DNA of 32,000 nt from Desulfocapsa sulfexigens DSM 10523 (GTDB lineage: Bacteria; Desulfobacterota; Desulfobulbia; Desulfobulbales; Desulfocapsaceae). The position numbers were made by a program, and so were the translations under genes. The stretch is from contig NC_020304.1 in NCBI RefSeq assembly GCF_000341395.1, forward strand, positions 2,820,001-2,852,000, read 5' to 3'. The notes below the pieces were generated by a model. The model was not told where the DNA came from. It searched no databases and saw only the letters and a list, made by a program, of their open reading frames with translations. Numbering within the stretch: the stretch's first letter is position 1; the number at the start of each line of letters is the position of its first letter. Shown here one piece after another: positions 26,149-32,000 of the stretch.

Positions 26149-27576
26149 TTACTTTGTTGCCATTGGATCGCCATCGTAGCCAAGAGCTTTCCAGTCCATA
26201 CGGTTACCACTTTTGTGGCAATCAAGGCATTTGAGAGCCTTTTCTTTTGGATCAACCTGATGGTTAATAGGCCAGTAGCTAGCGGTGGGAGCAAAATCAA
26301 AAGTTCCACTGTATTCAAGACCACTGACTTTCATGCCAGCAGCAGCTGCCTTGTTCCAGTCAAACTGAACCCAGAACGCATCGGGATCCCCTTTTGGTCC
26401 CCAAACTTTAGGCGTGATCAGGTAGTTGAATTTGGCGTCGTAGATCTGCTTTCCGGTGTGAATCTTGAAAGGCATGATCTTGGCATCGGGATCATTTTTG
26501 TCACCCTGAGGGGCATTAAGTATGGTTGTCTTGCTGGGGTCAATCTTGTCACCAATCATGTAGGTACTGGTTGTTCCATTGAACCAGGCATAGGTTGGCA
26601 CGACATTACTTTCGTAGGTGAATTGGCCCTTCTTGAAGATATAGACGGCATGTCCATGTTCTTTAACGACTTTTTTCTCCTTTGCCATTTCTTTACTTGT
26701 CGCAGCTTTTGACCAGTCCCAACTCATTTTAGTTCCATCAGCCTTGGCAAAATGTGCGATATGGCAGGTTTGACATGCTATTTTTTCCGCATGGGCATTG
26801 TACTTTGTTGCTGTTGGAAAATAACGATGTGGAGAACTGCCGTGGCAGTCAGTGCAGTCAAGAGTACTGCCGGGGCTTGCAGAAACTATGAGAGATTGCC
26901 CTGGAATGTCGTGACTGTCGGTCTTGTGGCATTGCTGACAGGTGAAGTTAAGTCCCTTGGAATCCATGTGTACATCCAGATCCTTGCTTGGATTTCGCAT
27001 GGAATTACTCATGTCTCCAGGTTTAACGTTATTTCCACCACCACCGTAGGCATGGCAGTTTATGCAGTTATCCCTGGTGGGCATACCTGCATTTTGGGCA
27101 ACTTTCACAAGATCAACGGGTTTTTTGTCCATGCTTTCAACGCCGGTGAAACCAGCTGGCATTCCTGCTCCTGCACCCGGTTTTTTGTAAGTTCCCGTGG
27201 TGTCATGACAGACCAGACAGTCAACTCTTGACTCATCACTGAAATCAAAAGAGCCATCTTTCCAACCATAACCAACATGACAACTTGTACAGCGTGGTTC
27301 GTTGGACCCTACCGAGACACAAAAATTGTTGATCGCATTTTTTTTCCCGCGTGACACTGTACCTTTTCCAGGGACGGTCTGCATTTTCTCCCAGGTCCAG
27401 TGAGTGGTTGCCATAACTTCTTTGGCAGCGTCTTCATGACATTCAAGGCATGTTGCTGTTACTTCCATGGGGGTTTCAAATGGACCTTCGATCTGGTCGT
27501 GGTCATTGGCAAACCCCTGGGTGCTTCCAATGAGTGCTCCCAGGGCAGCCATTGAAATGATCGATACTTTCCTCAT
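26149..27576 (-). CDS. Periplasmic octaheme c-type cytochrome, tetrathionate reductase (Otr) family
   Basis: Sec signal peptide (AALGALIGSTQGFA). Exactly eight CxxCH motifs: CLECH, CTSCH, CLVCH, CINCH, CQQCH, CTDCH, CQTCH, CLDCH. The size (475 aa) and the N-terminal EGPFETPMEVTATCLECH ... THWTWE pattern fit Shewanella Otr-type proteins as I recall them. Confidence 0.88.
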   Translation of the reverse strand: MRKVSIISMAALGALIGSTQGFANDHDQIEGPFETPMEVTATCLECHEDAAKEVMATTHWTWEKMQTVPGKGTVSRGKKNAINNFCVSVGSNEPRCTSCHVGYGWKDGSFDFSDESRVDCLVCHDTTGTYKKPGAGAGMPAGFTGVESMDKKPVDLVKVAQNAGMPTRDNCINCHAYGGGGNNVKPGDMSNSMRNPSKDLDVHMDSKGLNFTCQQCHKTDSHDIPGQSLIVSASPGSTLDCTDCHGSSPHRYFPTATKYNAHAEKIACQTCHIAHFAKADGTKMSWDWSKAATSKEMAKEKKVVKEHGHAVYIFKKGQFTYESNVVPTYAWFNGTTSTYMIGDKIDPSKTTILNAPQGDKNDPDAKIMPFKIHTGKQIYDAKFNYLITPKVWGPKGDPDAFWVQFDWNKAAAAGMKVSGLEYSGTFDFAPTASYWPINHQVDPKEKALKCLDCHKSGNRMDWKALGYDGDPMATK

Positions 27577-27781
27577 TTTTCTCTCCTTCCTTAACGTGTA
27601 AAAAGTGATAAAATATAGCTGCAGAATGGTCTTGATTCAGGCACACCCCGATGCTCAAATACTGCGCCGACAAAGGGATGCAATGAAATTTAACCATTGG
27701 CTCACCTGCAAAACCTGCCGTGTGATCATGCAAAATGAATGCCGATTTGTAAGGAGCCGTTTTTCTGATAGAATAAAAAAA

Positions 27782-27835
27782 GTGTTAATGTGTCTCTGCT
27801 TAACGTTAACGTGCCTGTGTTAATCTTTTGTTAAC
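27782..27835. promoter_or_regulatory. Cluster of (G/C)TTAA(C/T) hexamers in the divergent cytochrome/U32 intergenic region (candidate regulator binding array)
   Basis: GTTAAT at 27784, CTTAAC at 27799, GTTAAC at 27805, GTTAAT at 27819, GTTAAC at 27830. GTGTTAAT is repeated at 27782 and 27817. TTAACGTG occurs at 27806 and again at 27591, next to the cytochrome RBS. Confidence 0.3.
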
Positions 27836-27931
27836 GGTTGTTGAAAGCAGATGTGTCTCAATTGATCCGAAAAGGAAAACATTCTATTGGTGTTCCTCCC
27901 CCTTGACATAAGTGAAACACAAGGCTTGTAT

Positions 27932-30346
27932 ATGCCGATGAAACCAAAAACACAAAATTATAGTAAACTGGAACTATTGGCACCTGCTGGTTCACTGCAA
28001 TCTTTTTTCGCTGCAGTCGAGAGTGGTGCCGATGCGGTTTTCTGTGGCTTGAAAACATTTTCCGCAAGAGCCAAAGCCAAAAATTTCACCATGGAGGAAT
28101 TGGTCGGACTGGCTGGGTATGCTCATAAGCTGAATAAAAAGATTTATGTGGCTCTGAACACCCTGGTGAAAGAGGATGAGCTGAGCGAACTTATATCTGT
28201 CCTCAGTGAACTGGAATATCTCGGTGTGGATGGTTTGATTATCCAGGATCTTGGTCTGTATCGGGTGGCCCATAAATATTTTCCGAAAATTCCACTGCAT
28301 GCATCCACCCAAATGGTCATTCACAATCTTGCCGGTGTTAAAATACTTGAAAAAATGGGCTTTGAAAGGGTGGTTCTGGCAAGAGAGTTGAGTCTTGCCG
28401 AAATATCCTATATTTCAGAAAACTCTAATCTTGAAATAGAACATTTTATTCATGGTGCCTTGTGCTATTCACTCTCCGGCCACTGTCTCTTTTCTTCCTA
28501 CATTGATGGCAGGAGCGGTAATAGAGGTCGTTGCATTCAGCCATGCAGGAGGAGATATCATCATGACAATGATTCTGGATTCTATTTTTCAACCAGTGAC
28601 CTTTCTGCCATTGAGCTGATTCCCAATCTTGCCAGTGCCGGAGTGATGAGCCTGAAAATTGAAGGTCGTATGAAGAGTCCCGAGTATGTGGCTGCTGTGG
28701 TTTCAGCCTATAGGACCGTTATTGATGCTGGCCCTGGTGATGAAAAGAATGCTGTAAAACGTGCTAAAGAGCAGTTGGAAACGGCAATGGGCAGAAAAAG
28801 TACTTCTGGTTTTCTCCATGGGCCAGGCAGTGCTGAAATCCTTATGCCTGCTCGCAAAGGAGGGATTGGTAGAATTATTGGCCGGGTCGAGCGACTTCAT
28901 GGGGATACTGTTTCATTTAAAACATCTGGCCGTATTCAAATAGGTGACAGACTGCGTATTCAGCCAGGAAATGACAGAGCCGGACAGGGATTTACTGTTA
29001 GGACTTTGTTTCTTAAAAACAAATCCTCCAGCGTTGCAGAAAAGGATAGTTTTGTTTCCATAACCCTTCCTAAGATCATAACTAAAGGAAGAGTGAGCGT
29101 CGGGGATCTGGTTTTTATGCTTGTCAGTGGTCAGTCATTTACCATGAGTGAGGAAGCATGTTTGAGAAAAATAAAAACAGCACCTGTTCCGGCCCGGAGC
29201 ATTAATCTGTGTATTCAATGCAATGAAGCGGATTCTATTTTCACGGTCATGGCTGATTGTAACGGCAATGAAGTGGTGAAGGTATATCCTGTGGATATGG
29301 TTCCTGCCAATAGATCACCCTTAAAAAAAGAGACGCTATTAAAAATCTTCTCTCAGACGGGACATCCTGAACTGGTATTGGAAAACCTTAAAGCAAAAGA
29401 TTTACCATCAGTAGTTATAAAACCGAGTCGGTTAAAGGAAATACGACGCGATTTCTATGCAATGCTTGATGGGATCCTAAAAAAAAGACACAGGAAAGAT
29501 GCGAATCAACGATTATGTGTTGTTCAGAGTGATCTTTGTGTTCCAGGAAACCTTCAGAACAAACCTGCAAGCAGCCAGTTATATATTGTTACGGACCAGC
29601 AGGATGATCTCCATGTGGTAAAAGACCATCCTGACCTGAAATTTATTTTTCCGTTACGCACTGAATTCCTTGAAGCGGCTTTAAAGGTACCTTTGTCTCT
29701 GGGTGAAGAAAAAAAACGATTGTTTTGGGATCTCCCGTCCGTGATTTTCGATGATGAGTGGTCAAACCTTCAACAACTGGTAGATAGGGCGGTTGTTGAA
29801 GGTTTTTCAGGCTTTCGATTCAACAACCTGTCTCATTTTGAACTGGTTAGAAGTGTGAGGGATGGGTACTTTATCGCCGGGCCGTGGCTTTATGCATTAA
29901 ATAGTCAGGCGATAGACGCGATTGAGGAACTTGGTGGACGATGTTTTTCCCTGTCCATCGAGGATGACAGGGAGAATCTGAGTTCCTTGCTGCAGGGAAA
30001 GACCTTGGGAAAACAGTTGGTGACAGTTTATAGCCCGGTGGATCTTTTCACCTCCCGTATTGCCCTTCCTGTAGAAGAAAAAAATGGAGTTTTCCTGAAG
30101 AATGACAGGGGCGAGAAGTTACATCTCACAGTGAATAGGGGGCTGACCATTACTCAGGCAGACAAAGCCTTTTCTCTCATTGGTTTGATTTCAGAGCTCC
30201 AGGAAATGGGATGTTGTAATTTTGTCTTGGACCTACGGGGAACTGGGCTGGCAACTCCAGGAGGGCAGGAGATTATGATGGCCTATGCTGAAGATAGAAC
30301 TATTCCAGGCACCATTCTGCTAAACTATGAAAAAGGGTTGATCTGA
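27932..30346 (+). CDS. Large U32-family protein (peptidase U32 / RlhA-TrhP-UbiU-like Fe-S enzyme family) with long C-terminal extension
   Basis: LELLAPAGSL ... GADAVFCGL N-terminus typical of U32. Cys cluster CYSLSGHC-x15-CIQPC (C-x6-C-x15-C-x3-C), and SLKIEGRMKSPEYV. I chose the ATG at 27932. The track start at 27887 is a TTG, and the ATG at 27938 is also possible. Confidence 0.88.
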   Translation: MPMKPKTQNYSKLELLAPAGSLQSFFAAVESGADAVFCGLKTFSARAKAKNFTMEELVGLAGYAHKLNKKIYVALNTLVKEDELSELISVLSELEYLGVDGLIIQDLGLYRVAHKYFPKIPLHASTQMVIHNLAGVKILEKMGFERVVLARELSLAEISYISENSNLEIEHFIHGALCYSLSGHCLFSSYIDGRSGNRGRCIQPCRRRYHHDNDSGFYFSTSDLSAIELIPNLASAGVMSLKIEGRMKSPEYVAAVVSAYRTVIDAGPGDEKNAVKRAKEQLETAMGRKSTSGFLHGPGSAEILMPARKGGIGRIIGRVERLHGDTVSFKTSGRIQIGDRLRIQPGNDRAGQGFTVRTLFLKNKSSSVAEKDSFVSITLPKIITKGRVSVGDLVFMLVSGQSFTMSEEACLRKIKTAPVPARSINLCIQCNEADSIFTVMADCNGNEVVKVYPVDMVPANRSPLKKETLLKIFSQTGHPELVLENLKAKDLPSVVIKPSRLKEIRRDFYAMLDGILKKRHRKDANQRLCVVQSDLCVPGNLQNKPASSQLYIVTDQQDDLHVVKDHPDLKFIFPLRTEFLEAALKVPLSLGEEKKRLFWDLPSVIFDDEWSNLQQLVDRAVVEGFSGFRFNNLSHFELVRSVRDGYFIAGPWLYALNSQAIDAIEELGGRCFSLSIEDDRENLSSLLQGKTLGKQLVTVYSPVDLFTSRIALPVEEKNGVFLKNDRGEKLHLTVNRGLTITQADKAFSLIGLISELQEMGCCNFVLDLRGTGLATPGGQEIMMAYAEDRTIPGTILLNYEKGLI

Positions 30347-30771
30347 CTTTTGCTGTCAAAGAATTTCTGGAGGGAATGAGAAATGTATTTTTCCACTTCC
30401 TTCAGACTTGTGTATACTATCACTTTGAAAAAAGAATTGCCGGCAATCATGGCGGACAGGGAATTGTTTTTATTGTTACGAAACAGGCAGAGGCAGGGGA
30501 TGTTGAGCTTTTCAGCAACAGCAAGCTCGTAGCCAACACCGAGTGATGGTGTGGAGACCTCAGCTATGAGCAGGTCGGCCTCTTCAAGCCATCGCATATC
30601 GCGAGCGTATATTTCTTTTTCGGAGAGAGACTGCTCTTCCTGCAGGAGTGTCTCATCTCCAACATGTTCAGTAAGAACCGTCCCCCGTGACTGAAGAAAC
30701 TCTATTATATTACGGTATATTTCAGCGTCATCACGACCACCGCGGATGGCACCCGCAAAGTAAAAATTCAT
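30325..30771 (-). CDS. 2'-deoxynucleoside 5'-phosphate N-hydrolase (DNPH1/Rcl-like, nucleoside 2-deoxyribosyltransferase superfamily)
   Basis: YFAGAIRGGRDD ... GTVLTEHV ... PSLGVGYEL ... LCLFR ... LSAMI aligns block-for-block with mammalian DNPH1 as I recall it (SIRGGRED, GTVLTEHV, PSLGVGYEL, LCLFR, LSAMI). The 3' end overlaps the U32 gene by 22 bp. Confidence 0.82.
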   Translation of the reverse strand: MNFYFAGAIRGGRDDAEIYRNIIEFLQSRGTVLTEHVGDETLLQEEQSLSEKEIYARDMRWLEEADLLIAEVSTPSLGVGYELAVAEKLNIPCLCLFRNNKNNSLSAMIAGNSFFKVIVYTSLKEVEKYISHSLQKFFDSKSQINPFS

Positions 30772-30786
30772 TGTGTTAAGAAAAGA

Positions 30787-31872
30787 TTATTCCGATTCCA
30801 TTTCGGCAAGAAATCTCCGCCTCCACCCGATTTTCTGGCGTGAGGTGGAGGTTGAGCTGTGTCGTATGCATTGCAAAAGCTCACTTTTGTTACCAAGGAG
30901 GGCAGGGTCTATGCCGCTGACATCGCTTTTCAGGGTAATATAGTCCTGCAGACCGGTGAGCGCTTTTTTTTCTTTGGTACTCAGTTTGGGGACAGACAGG
31001 AGGGGAGGGCACTCTTCTGTAGGCCGTTGCAACCCTTTATTTACAAGTTGAATCAGGGTGTCTCCGTAGGTTTTGACACTTTTTACAGATATTCCTTCGC
31101 ATTGTTCTAAGGTGTCGGGACTTGTCAGTCGTTCTCTGGCTATAGAGAGAAGCACGGTATCTTTTATGATGTGACCGCGCGGACGATTTCTGTGTCTCGC
31201 CTCCGCTTCTCGCCAGGCGGCTAACTCCTGAAGTATTGCCAGAGACTGTGCCTCAAGACCTCCTGCTCCCTTTATCTTTGTGTAACGTTCTTCATCTGTG
31301 ACACCAAGGTAGCTTGCCGGGTTGTCTAGTCTTTGCAGTTCTTCTTCCAGCCAGGGGAGCGTTTCAGGGAGGACGCGGGCAAGCAGGAGAACACGTACAG
31401 CTCGCAGGTATCGGACATCATCCATTGCATATAATGTCTGCTTTGAGTTCAATGGCCGCTTGAGCCAATTGGTACGTGTCTCGGTTTTTTCAAGTTTGAT
31501 ATCAAGAAGTAATTCGATCAGGGCTCCGAGGGAAAGTGTAGAGGTGAACCCTGCAAATCCGGCCGCTAATCTGGTGTCAAAAATATTTTTGGGATCTTTG
31601 CCAGTTGCAGTACGCAGGATCGTAAGATCTTGAGGGGCATCGTGAAATATTTTGACAACTGATCTGTCAGCGAGTAATTCTCCTAATGGGGAAAGATCGT
31701 CTAAAGCGCAGGGATCGATGAGGAAACATTCCTCATTGGAAAGTGCCAGCTGAATAAGCCCAAGCTTGGGATAATAGGTCTTTTCCCATACGAATTCTGT
31801 ATCAAGGGCTACTGCGTTTGTTTCCTGGGCCCGTTTTATAAGGGCTTCTAGAGCTTCTGGTGTTGTAATCAT
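30787..31872 (-). CDS. rnd: Ribonuclease D (3'-5' exonuclease plus HRDC)
   Basis: DEDDy exonuclease motifs (ALDTEF, HDAPQDL, YAMDDVRYL), followed by an HRDC-like region (ILQELAAWREAEARHRNRPRGHIIKD). Length is about 360 aa. Confidence 0.92.
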   Translation of the reverse strand: MITTPEALEALIKRAQETNAVALDTEFVWEKTYYPKLGLIQLALSNEECFLIDPCALDDLSPLGELLADRSVVKIFHDAPQDLTILRTATGKDPKNIFDTRLAAGFAGFTSTLSLGALIELLLDIKLEKTETRTNWLKRPLNSKQTLYAMDDVRYLRAVRVLLLARVLPETLPWLEEELQRLDNPASYLGVTDEERYTKIKGAGGLEAQSLAILQELAAWREAEARHRNRPRGHIIKDTVLLSIARERLTSPDTLEQCEGISVKSVKTYGDTLIQLVNKGLQRPTEECPPLLSVPKLSTKEKKALTGLQDYITLKSDVSGIDPALLGNKSELLQCIRHSSTSTSRQKIGWRRRFLAEMESE

Positions 31873-32000
31873 TTGATATTGTCACATAGGAATGGAGTAT
31901 ATTGCACGCTAAAATTTATATTCGCAACTAGCCATATAGATCGAGAAAATACAAGGATTAAACGGTAATTTTGATTTTTTATATTTTAAAACGTATAGGG

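Noticed and set aside
27605-27823. 72-aa Cys-rich plus-strand ORF in the cytochrome/U32 intergenic region.
   Set aside because: It has a GTG start without an SD. Its Cys content is produced by the TTAAC/TGT repeat motifs themselves. It is more plausibly regulatory DNA.
27903-27934. Perfect TTGACA -35 hexamer (27903-27908) upstream of the U32 start, which could imply a leaderless mRNA starting at ATG 27938.
   Set aside because: There is no convincing -10 at 16-18 nt spacing (TTGTAT or TGTATA at best, and TATATG would need a 20-nt spacer). It cannot be supported without transcription start site data. I kept ATG 27932 as the start, with 27938 as an alternative.
1-32000. Search by eye for CRISPR repeats, IS or transposon ends, integrase or recombinase genes, tRNA/rRNA genes, toxin-antitoxin pairs and long direct repeats.
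   Set aside because: None were found. Intergenic regions are short, and their content is explained by promoters and terminators. I noticed no compositional break suggesting a horizontally acquired island, but I could not compute GC or codon statistics.

Overview
Gene-dense chromosomal window with 27 supported CDS, 24 of them on the minus strand. I saw no tRNA or rRNA genes, CRISPR arrays, transposases, integrases or long repeats, so it does not look like a mobile or defence island. The gene content (multiheme cytochrome, CHASE2 cyclase, HD-GYP, large U32 protein) suggests an anaerobic Desulfobacterota-like genome, but this is a low-confidence inference.

Gene order, described in minus-strand sense from the high-coordinate end:
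- RNase D, then a DNPH1/Rcl-like nucleotide N-hydrolase. Its 3' end overlaps a convergent 804-aa U32-family protein on the plus strand.
- A monocistronic octaheme (8 x CxxCH) Otr-family cytochrome c, convergent with a plus-strand YkgJ Cys-cluster protein across a bidirectional terminator.
- A SYLF protein, then an OMF-MFP-RND efflux operon, then a large MscS-family channel.
- A four-gene cassette with overlapping or closely spaced junctions: SH3b protein, Tat-signal M48 metalloprotease, CHASE2 class III adenylate cyclase, GAF-HD-GYP phosphodiesterase.
- Two tandem paralogous small membrane proteins on the plus strand, behind a sigma54-type promoter.
- An MFS transporter, then an Mla/Mce-type ABC system (STAS-MlaE, MlaF, MlaD-like) whose PqiC-like lipoprotein is separated from the rest by a Cache-GGEEF diguanylate cyclase.
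- NhaA, then a membrane protein with a Cache-type sensor fused to a Schlafen/AlbA_2 domain, then the start of a TIM-barrel gene that runs off the window.

The best candidates for undescribed biology are the Cache-AlbA_2 fusion, the SH3b/M48/CHASE2-cyclase/GAF-HD-GYP cassette, the diguanylate cyclase embedded in the Mce-type operon, and the sigma54-driven small-protein pair. All functional calls rest on motifs read by eye; no database search was possible.
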